A stretch of DNA of 64,000 nt, taken from Bugula neritina. Taxonomy: Eukaryota; Animalia; Bryozoa. Below are positions 11,806 through 24,400 of the stretch, in pieces. The stretch covers positions 7,545,929 through 7,609,928 of the forward strand of contig OZ037769.1 of NCBI GenBank assembly GCA_964035545.1, in the 5' to 3' direction. Position numbers and translations under genes: made by a program. The notes under the pieces were generated by a model. It saw nothing but the letters and a program-made list of their open reading frames with translations, searched no databases and was not told where the DNA came from. The stretch's first letter is position 1, and each line of letters starts with the position of its first letter.

Positions 11806-14240
11806 TACACGGTTTGTTGTGGTGGATGGTGTGGGTTCGAGGTCTCACGCCATTTCTAGGGAAGGCATCCCCGGGAAAGTGGGGCACGAGTGTCGTTTAA
11901 AAAAATATAATTATTGTTAGATCAAAGTTGATCTTGACAAAATAATTCTGATGACAATCGTCTGTTAATATGGGCTGGCTCTATGAGGCCGTGGTCCAGA
12001 AGATCCCGGACCTGTCGGCTTACCTTTTTTCCTTTTTTGGCCCCAACCTACGAGTGGGTTGCCAGATAGGAACTGTCTCCGCAGCCAGCGGTATCTCATG
12101 ACGGACAGCTTGTGTCAGGCCTACGTCATGGTCCCCGCTGCTGAACAAGTCATTGTACTCGCACAGCAACTTTGCCATAGCCTGGCGTTCCTCATTGCTT
12201 GCGCAGCCATGGCAGGCTGTCTTGTACAACTCCTTAACGTGTGGCGGAATGGTCTCCCGCCCTCTGCACAGGCACTGTTGGGGATCTTCCGTCGTATTTC
12301 CCGCGACGGTCCTACGTCTCCTTCTTAAACAGAGCTGAAACGGCCCACCATAGACCTGGCCTGTAGCTTCACCGACTTTGTGAAAGAGTTGACACACTGC
12401 ACTAAGATCTCTCCTCACGCAGTAAGTTGCTTTAGACTGTTGGCGAGTTGGATTCTATCATGCGCACCTTCTACCACCCCTAGTCCGGAGATTCGGCTAT
12501 TATTCACCTTGCAGTTAATGGTAGCCTGGGAGCGGCCTGGTATTGTACAGTTCCGTACTACCTGCACGACTCCCATTAGGGGGCGGCCGAATTTGTCAAT
12601 ACAGGCAAGCTCTCGCCCGGTCATTAACATTGCAGACTTAGTGAAGTCAATGTGGCACCTGTGTCGTTGCAAAAACGGCATGCCGAGGATAGCATCCTCT
12701 TCGAGTTGACTGACAATGAACGTCTTCCGTATATCTTGGTCACGAACACGCCCGGTCAACTCAAAAATATCATAGAAGGGAATACACGACCCGTCCCTAG
12801 GGTGCCATGCTTCCCGGTATATGGCCCTATCCCAACCTTATTCTTAGGATTAAGGAAGTCAAAGACACGACGGCTTAGGAGGTTTGTGGTGCACCTGGAG
12901 ACTAGCAGGAAGGTGACAGCTCTGCCGGTGACCTTGCCTGGTAGGAAGTAGCTGTCTCCGTGTAGTTGTACCCGTACTCCTCCTGCGTGCTCGGCTTTGG
13001 GAGGATAGGGCCCTCTTGGCCAGGCCCACGGTTGGCGGGGCTTTTTGCGGCGATGGCTTCGCCTCCGAGAGACTGAGGGCTCTCCCTTGGCCTCTATGTA
13101 TGGCCTGCTCGCCGGCTCCAGTTCTGGCAGCTGGTCGAAGCGGTTCGTGAGTGGCAGTGTAAAGGTACCGGGTCATCCTTCCGGTCGACTGGTCCGGCGT
13201 GGTACCTGACACTCTTGAGGGGTGTCTCGTCGCGTCTGTACGGACGGTCGGGGGTTTCCTCTATTTGGGTTCTTTATTCTCGGCCCGCGACAAGAGGAGA
13301 CATCCGCGGGCCATGGGAGCTTAACTCCCGCTTGTTTTGGGGACATTCCGAACGGAGATGTCTCTAATCGCCGCACTCCCAAAACAGGGCCGGTGGCCGT
13401 GGGTGCCTCGCCCGCACGGGTCTTTGGACGGGACCCGTGGTGTTGGAGCAAGCGAGGACCGCCACCAGCTTATCTACCATTTCGGTCATTCGGTTGACCT
13501 CGTTCATTGTGGAGTTGGCAGTGGTAGCTGCTATGTGAGTTGGTAATAGCTGCTCGCCATAGTCCTCTGGGGGGTCTACAATGATTTGCTGTGAACTCAT
13601 GCGGCCTCTATGTAGCTGTTGAGCCAGCAGGTAGGCTTCGCCTTTGTGCTACGCATTCTCTACTGTGGTCACCCCTCTTGCTAGGAGCTGATGGTGGAGA
13701 CCCAGATCGTCGAGTGATTGCACAAAAGCGTCATAGGTATACCGCTCTTGGTGTACTGCTAGCAGGTCGCTATATGCGATCTGTGCTAGTCTCTTCATCA
13801 TAGCCGCATGCTCTTGGAGGAGCGTGCATGGGTCATGACGTAGACGAGCCCTGGCGTCTATGGTCGAGATGCCGAACCGGGCCCGCAGTGCAGCGAAGAT
13901 CCCGTCAATGCTGGCCCCCAGTCGTATGGCTTGGCCTGTTGCGTTAGTGCCATCCGCAGCTGGATCAGGGCTACCCTTGGTGGCCATTGGGTGATGTCTA
14001 TCACATCACTGAATTCTTGAATAAACTGCTTCCCATCTTCCCGGCCAGTGAAGGTAGGGGCTTTCAGGCGATACCTGTAGGCCTCCTCTCCTTGTAACAC
14101 GGGACCTCTTGGGCTACAGCATAAACAGGCCCACCTTCCATGTGTCGAGCTGGTTCTCTTACTTCTCGGAGTACTTCAGCGTCGGTTTCTGCCATCCTGG
14201 TTTGTATCAGCGTCTGTCAGGTATTTGTATTGCACAGAAT

Positions 14241-14258
14241 ATCTCACTGCTGCCACCA
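14241..14258 (-). promoter_or_regulatory. Primer binding site, tRNA-Leu type
   Basis: Minus strand TGGTGGCAGCAGTGAGAT lies 1 nt inside the LTR and closely matches the complement of the tRNA-Leu 3' end (TGGTGGCAGCGGTGGGAT). Confidence 0.8.
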
Positions 14259-14259
14259 A

Positions 14260-14591
14260 TGTAATAATTTCCAGAATTATTATTGTGGTGGGTTTTACTG
14301 CATGCAATTACGGTAGTGGTCGAGTTACGCAACTTGACAACAGTTACACAAGCTTAGCGTGAGAAAGATAGGTATATTTATAATAATATCACAAAAAGGG
14401 ATCACATCCAGTTACCCTGAATTAACATAAGAAAAAGTATCCTGTACATGAGAACGTCTAAACAACCCTACTCTCTAAATCACTGTCCGGAAGCTCTCTG
14501 CTTCGTAAGGGGTAAGCACGTGCTTCAACGTAATTGGATACTTCTATACTCTATCACGCCTCCACATTCTATTACGGAGGGTAGTATGTCG
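14260..14591 (-). repeat. 5' LTR of the Gypsy element
   Basis: Starts tgtaataatttccag and matches 7553-7715 plus 10586-10751. The outer boundary is uncertain and no TSD was found. Confidence 0.85.
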
Positions 14592-14910
14592 TAAGTAAAT
14601 TTTCACTAGCCATCACAATATTCAAATTGTAATCACAGCGAAACCTAAACTTTATAGCTTTGTATTTACGTGCATGAGAGAGTTTTGAAAAAAAAAATTA
14701 ATTTTATATGCATAAAAAATATATTATACCAATAAACAAAACTAAAAAATGTGCACATGAAACATAAAATAATAATAAAATAACAAAGTTACAAAATTTT
14801 CCCTTTATAACTTTTATAAACTTGCGGCACAAACGCGTCATAATGATGTTTCTAATTTCATAAAATTGCCACTCTGAATAGATCACACTGGCTGGTAGGC
14901 ATTTGGGGAA

Positions 14911-15342
14911 GTTTCTATATGCAGTAATCTGGCTCGACATTCAGTTGCTGGATATTTTCTGATTCGCTGATTAGGTAGCGTCTCTGATTGGCTTACTAAA
15001 GAAAAACGCTAGAGATTATTGTAATGCTCTTGACTGTCATGGCGTACACGTGCTCTTTAAATCAAGAATCATAATGATAAAGTCATTACAACCTCTGCAA
15101 CATCTTATTATAACTCAATTAATGATGCTCTTTGAGCAATAAAAAAACTTTTAAAGTTGAAGTAGAACTAAGTATGGTAGCAATGATGGCCACTTTAGGC
15201 GTATGCAGCGATATTAAATTGTGTACTACGAGTTGGAGCGCGCAGTGACCATCTCAGACATCAACAATAGCACGTGCGTCAAACAGCCAATCAGACAATA
15301 TCCATCATACTAGATGTCGAGCCAAATTACTGCATATAGAAC
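14911..15342. mobile_element. MITE with ~28-bp TIRs
   Basis: ttctatatgcagtaatctggctcgacat versus atgtcgagccaaattactgcatatagaa, with inner inverted ctgattggc/gccaatcag. Confidence 0.7.
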
Positions 15343-15577
15343 TAACCAGCATTTGGCTACTCATCTGAGTTGACGTGTTTAGTTTTTGAAGACCTTTCAG
15401 CGATGCTCAAGCTCCTACTGATACTCTTCTGACGAACGTTTACAAAATTAAATAATCCTGATTATAAGTAAGTATTCATAATTGTTCTAGTAATTTCATT
15501 GCTATGGTATCACTATCGGATACAACACTTTAAGTTTAATGTTTACTTTTAATTTACACTTTTACTAAAAATAAATC

Positions 15578-15870
15578 CAATACTAATAGTAATAGTAATA
15601 GCAATACTAATAGTAATACTATTACTATAGTAATACTAATACAGACTTAATACTAATAGTAATAGTAATACTCATACTCATAGTGATAGTCATACTCATA
15701 GTCATACTGATAGTGATACTGATAGTGATATTGAAATAATTGATAAGTGATAGCGATACTCATGGTCATAGTAATAGTCATTAATAATAATACTAAGTCT
15801 AATACTAATATTAATACTAATAGTAATACTAAGTCTAATGGTAATACTTATAGTTATACTTATACTAACA
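15578..15870 (+). repeat. Degenerate hexamer tract (NATA[C/G]T)n
   Basis: aatagt/aatact/catact/catagt/gatagt/gatact units. Confidence 0.85.
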
Positions 15871-16449
15871 CTTTTCGTTTTACTTTTAGTAGTATTTGAA
15901 GTTGATAACCTTTATATTTTTACTTTCAGACTTCAGTTCTATTTCAATAAATTGATTTAATTTTTAAGTTTCAATAAAATTTTATCATTAATTTGATTTT
16001 TTTTTAATAATTAGTGATATTAAATTTAATTTTTATAGTTCATTAAATTTAGTTGCAATTTATTGAGAGTACACTCATTGCAATGGATAATAATTATTAT
16101 AGCTGTGGGTAAACTGAAACTACCGAAAACAATAATTGACTTTAATCTGTACTGTGACTGTCAGTCACACTTGTTACATATTGCAACAAATTCTAGTAGT
16201 TATGTCAAAACTTTTTGCGTTTTATGTTGAAGCACCCTTCAATTGTAAAAGGATTTGCTCTCTCTACCATTGTTTTCTATGATTAAGTAACTTTTGTAGA
16301 AGGTTTTTGCATGTAGTTTTACATATTAAACTCTAAAGAAAAAAGTATGTGGGACATTTTAGAGCAGGTTTAACATTTATTATTTTTAGTAATAGCTTAA
16401 GAAAAGCTCTACTATCAAATGTCTGGCGTAAAAGTAAGGCCATAGTAAA

Positions 16450-19400
16450 ATGAAGCATAAGAATGGCCACTGGACTGGGTTAACCCCGTGTGAAAATCTT
16501 CGATCCTGCTGCATCTCTAGACCACCTCTAGTGCTGTTTACCTTTGGTCTTCTCATATTAACTGCAGCTTTTGTTTTTCTGGCTCAATATGTTAAAGATA
16601 CCCAACTTATACCTGATCCCAACTATGATACGGTAAGAAGCCAAATCATGTATTTTTGACTAGTTTAACTTTTTTATATTTACCTAGTTCATTTGAATCT
16701 TGTTAAAGGTGATGCGCACATATGATAATATTTGGTAAAAAACTACAATGTTGTGATATTTAGTTATAATAGATATTGATGTAACTAATGCTGCTGTTTT
16801 AAATTTTATTATGTTGTTGATGTATAGGATTGGGAAACATTCCTTACTGATTTAAGTGATAAGAATTGGTCTTCCGATTCTCAATGTTTGACTAATCCAA
16901 AGAATCTTCCCAAAAATGATGGCAACTTGACCAAAGCGTAAGTTTACAGAAGATTTTTGTAAACTGTTCATGTAGATATGCGATCTGAAAGAGGTTTTTC
17001 TATACACTTTATATGATATCTTGTCACTGAATCCTGTTGATCTAATGAAAATAGCTATCTTGCATATCAAAGATAAAAGTCTTTCCAGTGTTTCATATAA
17101 ATTCACTTTGCCATGTTGGGAAATTAATAAGTCGTTAGATAATGGCTGGCACATTAACTTAGAATTGTCTTTACTTATATAAACATAGACACAATCTAGA
17201 CATGTACACCTAGGATGGTAAGTGTCTACTGGATAATGAACAGACTTGTTGCTATCTATCTAGGTTTTGCATTCTACACAATATGCCAACACAGCTTTAG
17301 ATAGTTGGTAAAAATTTTCTTTTTTGCTTCTGCTTCAATTAGTTTGAAAAACTTTTTCTCTATATACTTGTTTAGTTGGACATCTAGTAACTTATATGAT
17401 CTGTTGTAATTGTGTCTTCCCAACATGACAATAAAATATATTTTTTAGAGTCTCGGTTCTTGTGTACTTGGACAATGCAAGTAATCTCAAGTATAGACAG
17501 AGTTATGAGGCAGTTTTATGGAAGGAGCTCCTTTTACCTAGAGGTACTCTTACTTCTCCCCATACTTACCATACCTACTCTACTTATTCTACTCATACTT
17601 ACCATACTTATTCTACTCATACTTACCATACTTACTCTACCATACTTACTCTACCATACTTACTCTACCATACTTACTCTACCATACTTACTCTACCATA
17701 CTTACTCTACCATACTTACTCTACCATACTTATTCTACCATACTTACTCTACCATACTTACCATACTTACTCTACCATACTTACTCTACCATACTTACTC
17801 TACCATACTTACTCTACCATACTTACCATACTTACTCTACCATACTCACCATACTTACTCTACCATACTTACCATACTTACTCTACCATACTTACCATAC
17901 TTACTCTACCATACTTACCATACTTACTCTACCATACTTACTCTACCATACTTACTCTCCCCATACTTACTCTACCATACTTACTCTACCATACTTACTC
18001 TACCATATTTACTCTACCATACTTACTCTACCATACTTACCATACTTACTCTACCATACTTACTCTACCATACTTACTCTACCATACTTACTCTACCATA
18101 CTTACTCTACTCATATTTACCATACTTACTCTACCATACTTACTCTACCATACTCACCATACTTACTCTACCATACTTACCATACTTACTCTCCCCATAC
18201 TTACCATACTTACTCTACCATACTTACTCTACCATACTTACCATACTTACTCTACCATATTTACTCTACCATACTCACCATACTTACTCTACCATACTTA
18301 CCATACTTACTCTCCCCATACTTACCATACTTACTCTACCATACTTACTCTACTATACTTACCATACTTACTCTACCGTACTTACCATACTTACATTGCT
18401 CATGCATATTAGTAAACTCTAGCCACCTATTGGATAAACCATTGGCATGCTACGTACTTTCTCCCTAATCTTGTAGAAAAACTGGACAAAGAAAAGTTCG
18501 TTTCTGTGATAGAGTTCACACGTTCCTACAGCCACCCAGGTGAACCAGTATCCAACAGCTCGGCTAGCGGTGGTCAAGATGACAGTGATGTAGTCCCTGT
18601 GTGTATGACCATCAAGTCTAATGACACATTTCTGTCTCCTAAGTTGAAGTAAGTAGTTATAGTTTAATTTTATTTCATTGAATGTGAATAGTGCTACACC
18701 TCGTGCATTTTTAGGCAATTATGCAATTTTTTGAAATATTTTCAACATAATTTCGTTTAGGAAACATTTTTGTAAAGCTAAAGATATTTTGTAGGTCACC
18801 AAGTGCATGTAAACCCGCAGCACCAGAGACCACCCAATCTATATACTTGTGTGATAAACACTCCCCAAAATCTTCTCTATTCAGTGTGGTTTATGAGGCT
18901 AGGGATCAGCCCTTTAAAATGTACTTAACTGAGGTAAGTCGAGATTAGTAGGTGTACTAATGGCACACTTCACTCAGTTGTAATATAGTGTGCTGAGTGG
19001 GTATGCAAGGCTGTCAACTGTGTAGTTTTACATCCTTTCAAAGTTTGGTTTCAACACTTGAAGCACTTGTGTGACAGTATGACAGTGGTGTGACACTATG
19101 TGACAGTGGTGTGACATTGTGTGACAGTATGACAATGGTGTGACATTGTGTGGCAGTGGTGTGACATTGTGTGACGGTATGACAATGGTGTGACATTGTG
19201 TGATAGTATGACAGTGGTGTGACAGTATGATGATGGTGTGAATAGTTGTGCGACAGTTGTTTGAGTAGTTGTGTGATATTTGTGTGACAGTGATGTGACA
19301 TTGTTACAGTTTCCCCTACATCTATATTGGCTATATTATATACAATATTGCTTTCTCTCGGCTAGAGATTACAAAGCAGGTTTTAGAGTTAAATTAGTTA

Positions 19401-20377
19401 GTAGTAGTAGTTAATAGTAGTAGTTAGTTGTTAGAGTTAGTAGTTAGTAGTAGTAGTTAGTTGTTGAAGCAGAATTTAGCAGACTCCGCATTTAGTTGTT
19501 GACTTGCTTATATTTGTTGCAGGAGGATAAGTTGAATATACACATACATCTGATGTCCACCAGTTATGTTCTGATAATGCTAGCAGCTACTGTGCTCGTG
19601 TATGGTCTAATAAAGCGCAGGGCTCCGCCCCTTGGCAGTGAATCTCCGCCCCTTTCTCAAACTAGTGAGGTTGGTAAATTTCTGTTGTCGTTACTGCAGC
19701 TGTTGCATTATACTTATACTAAGAGATTTTAGGTTTTAATGCTTCTTAATTCCTATCTGCAATAACAAACATGTGTAATTATGACTGCTTCATTCTTTAC
19801 ATTGTATTTATATTTCTCAGTTTGGCATGCAGGTTGAAAATGCCGATTTGAAAAGCTACTATAGTGGGTAATACACAGTAAGCACTCCTTGGGATAGTCC
19901 ATGCTGCACACACCTGTAGTAATATGTTGGGTCGTAGCGGTTGCCGAATGTGAATACATGAAAACACGGTTTAGGAAGCTTGTCAATGTAAACCACTTCA
20001 CTCAGATTACATTTGCCAATACGAAACATTTACACCATGGCTTTCCATGGATCGATTTTACTGAGATCGATCTGAGAATTGTGCTCAGATCGATTGTTTT
20101 TCCATGACAATGTCAGATCGATCTTGCATAGTGCCTCCTCTTAAGTGAATAAATTTTTAAGGATAATTTGTTCGCCCACCTGAATGATTAAAGCTACTGC
20201 GATTAGAAAACAAGATTGTTGCAGTCTAGAAATTAATTTGGTGTAGTTTATGTATTGGAGAACTAGCTCTATGTGAAGTAAAAAATGATTTTATACATAA
20301 TTGTTGCACCTACAAGAGCACTCCGTGTAGAAGAAGATGTCGACCTAATGCCTCGAGACCCTGAGGCCTGTAGTTGA
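16450..20377 (+). CDS. TMEM248: TMEM248-like transmembrane protein; exons approximately 16450-16632, 16828-16937, 17189-17217, 17449-17542, 18795-18933, 19523-19673, 20331-20377
   Basis: PCENLRSCCISRPPLVLFTFGL..., DWETFL and EDKLNIHIHLMSTSYVL...YGLIKR match recalled TMEM248 motifs (PLENLK..SRPPLVVF, DWNTFL, INLHLMHTSYFL). Boundaries are GT-AG, but the middle exon ends are approximate. A probable non-coding first exon lies at ~15350-15467. Confidence 0.82.
17548..18395 (+). repeat. Minisatellite of 14-mer CCATACTTACTCTA and 9-mer CCATACTTA units
   Basis: Direct inspection; ~850 bp inside a TMEM248 intron. Confidence 0.97.
19068..19305. repeat. Degenerate tandem repeat (TGTGACA[GT/TT]-type units)
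   Basis: Direct inspection. Confidence 0.85.
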
Positions 20378-20469
20378 ACATCCTGAGGCTTTTAGTTGAA
20401 CATCCTGAGGCTTTTAGTTGAACACCCTGAGGTTTCTAGTTGAACACCCTGAGGCCTCTAGTTAAGCAT
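20360..20469 (+). repeat. 22-bp tandem repeat x5 spanning the TMEM248 stop codon and 3' UTR
   Basis: CCTGAGGCYTKTAGTTGAACAY-like units. Confidence 0.9.
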
Positions 20470-21440
20470 ACAGATTATGGTCTGTGAACAACTAGTAGAA
20501 AATAGTGTGCAGTGATGATAGTGTTGAGCTGCATGAATAACACCTAATAAATGCAGCCACCACATCTTCTTTGGTCACTAGTGTACTGTAGTAATATTTA
20601 TATTTGTGTTTCAGGTGTAGACAGTGAGTGCTGAGAGAAATGAAGACATATCGGCTCAATAAGTAATGCTTCAAGAGTTATATTGTTGTTTTTAATCATC
20701 AGTTTGTAATTATAGTAAAATATCATATTTAGTTAGTTATAATGCATAATATATTATTATGCATTTTATTTCATAATACACATTGTTATTTTGGTAGCAC
20801 CATTAACTGTATTATTGTCGTTACATATTTTTAATGTTTGTTGTAGAAAATGATAATAATATATTTGTTTAATGTTTGTGGAGAATAACATGAATAGCAT
20901 ACCAACTATTTCCTGTTATGTATCTTCATCAAGAAGATAATTAATGTAGTCTATATATATTTTTGTAGTATTTTTGTAACTAGTATTTTATATTTCTTAC
21001 ATAGGATATTATGATTTGGGAAACTACAGATTAACCCAATATTATAATAATGTTACAGAGCAAATATTTGTTTCTGTATGTCGACATATCTCAGTATTCA
21101 CTATTTCTTTGTGCTTATCTGACCCAATAGTTGTAAACCATATTTCTATAAATGCAGTGCAATTACTACTAGTTGTGTCTTAGGATCTGTATATTCGTGC
21201 TAATCAATAAATTATATATTTTCATTTCCTTGTACTCAGACTGGTTTATATTAAATCTATTGAACTAGCGTTGGCATTCAAAGTTTAGTAAGCATATTTC
21301 ATAAAACTAAATCAATTACATAGTTGCAACTGTTTCTTAAATAGTAATATAAGTTTGAATAGAATAATTTTGTTGAAACTGCATACAGATTTCCTTTATT
21401 CTTCATGTTTTAACGAAAATCAGCTGAACAACTAACTCCA

Positions 21441-24400
21441 TTACACAACGTGATACTGAAACATTACATATAAACTTGAGAACAGGTAACAATGACTTCT
21501 GCCAAACACACACAAAATACTCTTCTCAGACATTACATTAAATGTGCACCGTGTATCCCAGCTATCCAGCCATCCTCCATGTTTGCAGCTATCCCTGGTA
21601 GATTCAAACACATGGGAGATGCAACTAGAAAAATAAAGCACAGTTTCTGTTAGACATTCGTAAATTCAACACTGCTATAGCTCTGTACTTGAAACGTTTT
21701 ATTCTTAGCAGTAGCAATAATTTAATTTAATTGAAATTATTTATCGAGAGCCTAGCTTACGTGGTTGCTAAACTAAATTATTTTGTAACCTGGTGAACTG
21801 TTGATATATTGGTTAATCACCACTTTACTTTTAATCACAACATAATACAAGACAAATAAATAATGTCACAGTTAAACTAAGTAAGATAATGAAGTTTGTA
21901 TTGTATTTCATTCAACAAGAGCTCAAATTTGTTCTCCCAGATATACTCTTTCAATACTTCCACTGTAGACACACATTTTATCTCACACACAAGTTTATAG
22001 TCACCATCCCTGTGAGAAAACCCCTGATGGAAAAGGTTTTTTTGTTAAACCAGGCTCAGGATTTATTAAGATGGGGCACAGGAGCAATTATGACTGGATG
22101 TTTTTCCTAACATCACCAATAGCCTTTGTCGGGCTGAACCCATGAGTTTGTGTTTACTAAGCAAACGCTCTAACCCCTAGACCGCGGCTGTTCCCTAGAA
22201 ACACACTTTATATTGATTATAATTGTCTGACAACAACTTCTTATATCTCGAACATCATTTAGCAAGACATACCACTTCTGTAAGATGGTTTTGAGCAAAT
22301 ACCTTCTTGATATGCTTCTTGGGCTTTAATTTCCTTTCTCTGTAATTCAACAGGTCCGGTTAATTTTGTTCAATATTAAAGACATTAGGCTTTATGAAGC
22401 ATGAATGAAAACTGATCAAGGTATGACAACTGTGGTATAATAGAAATATTTTGTCGCTGAAACTTTGTTTTTATTTCAGTCCAACAATTTTGCCATATCG
22501 GAAACATAATGATAGACATAAGTTCAAATATTAGGTCTCTTCTGTATTGTTATACCAAAAGGAGTACTAAAATCTATAGAGTATAGGGAAAGGAGGTGCT
22601 CATGAAACTGACTGTACTAATACATTCGAGTAACATCAACCTACGACTACTGTGAAAAGAGCCTATATAATATTTTACTCTCAGTCTATGAAATATTGCT
22701 CTCAGTCTATGAAATATTGCTCTCAGTCTATATAATGTATTGCTCTCAGTCTAAATAATAGATTCCTCTCATTCTGTATAATGTATTGCTCTCAGTCTAT
22801 ATAATGCACTGCTCTTAGTCTATATAATGTACTGTTCTCAGTCTATATAATATATTTCTCTCAGTCTATATAATGTATTGCTCTCAGTCAATATAATAAC
22901 ACTTACTGGCGCACAACGAAACTCCCCACAATGCACTTGAGGCATAAAGGTCTGCTGCACTCTTTCACATGGCTTACATTCCTGCAACAAAAAGTGAAAC
23001 ACCGATATGATATCTGCAGTCGTTAGCTCAGCAGTGGAGCTTTGCAGTATTAGCTTAGGGTATAGACCATGCACTCAGACTGTTATAGTATGCAGCAATT
23101 TTATCTACACAGTTACATGTAGAGTGCTACATGTATAAATACAATACAATAAATATGAGTTGTCTTCTACCTACACTAGAACCAACTGGCTCTTCCTCAG
23201 CAGGTCGAAATCCATTTACATCCTCCCTCAGTCCCCAGGACTAAAAAGTAGTACCATTTATACATGATCTAATTTAGTGTATTTGTGATGACAACACTAT
23301 TTGAGAATTAGTGTTAGAACATTATATAAAAAAAGGTCACGCAAGTTTATAGTCGCTATCCCTGTGAGAAACCCCTGATGGAAAGGGTTTTTGTTAAAGC
23401 AGGCTAAGGACTTATTCACATGGGGCACAGGAGCATTATATTATGACTGGATGCTCTTCCTAACATTACCAATGGCCTTTGTCCGGCTCAAACCCATGAT
23501 CTCGTGTCTACTAGGCAAATGCTCTAACCCCTAGACCACGGCTGCTCCCCATGTTAGAACATTATATGCCCTGTATCAACTGATCCTCACCTTATTTGGA
23601 AATATGCTGGCCTTTAATTATATTTACAAAATACTGTAAATCTGTATTAATATGATAAAAATGTCTTCAAATTCCACATCCTTCCTTTTGTCAGTAACTA
23701 TATCATTGTTATAAACTTCCCAACTGCAAGTAGGTTAAAACCTAGCACTGATGAGAATGAGATGGTGAATTTACTTATCAGCTATACACAATGATATGCT
23801 TATAGAACATACGTACGTCTGCAACATTGTATGTCAGCATGGATGGGGGGTCAAATGGAGCTGTGACACATGCCATGGCCATGTTATTCATTCCTATGAC
23901 ATAAACATGCATAGTCTGGTGTATATGAAAGTTGTAATATTCTGTTACCAAAGTCACTATACAAGTTATTATTGAAACTGCAGCTGCAAACTTCTAGACT
24001 TCTCAAATATTGTTCATTATGATTGTCATTCATCCATGACTGTTAGCAGTAGAGCTCATCGTTATTAGGTGGTGCATTACTAGCATATGGATAATGACAT
24101 GTAAATTAGAGAAGTTAAAGTATTATATAATAGCTACCCTTTCTTCTGTTTCATGAGCATTGTGTACAGTTAATTTACTGCAAGTACCTGAGTTGCATGT
24201 AATTTTACATGTGGGTGTAAACGGAACAAATGGCACTCCTGGTATTTCATCATCTTTCAGTATTGCTTTCTCAAATATGCCACCATTACCGCAGCCTGTA
24301 AAATATCACATTTGGTATGGGGTATAGGGTGTGGCTTTAACAATTGCAATGTTGCTTATATTGGGTTTAGCTGGATACAGGCATTGATTAAACCACTATC

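Larger units (their letters stand above)
7553..14591 (-). mobile_element. Ty3/Gypsy LTR retrotransposon, degenerate and internally deleted (most of RT, and RNase H/integrase, missing)
   Basis: Direct-repeat LTRs, a PBS, and frameshifted gag (YRLKAPTFTG..., knuckle remnant FWECGD*RHLRSEC). Protease region (DAILGMPFL) and RT N-terminus (LLCEYNDLFS...VGLTQAVRHEIPL) are present, ending at ~12020. Confidence 0.92.

Noticed and set aside
17412-18422. Long ORFs of 316-336 aa
   Set aside because: Stop-free translation of a minisatellite. Only ~17449-17542 is exon-like.
22110-22196. tRNA gene
   Set aside because: A/B-box-like motifs are present, but they are the head of a dispersed SINE and no intact cloverleaf is evident.
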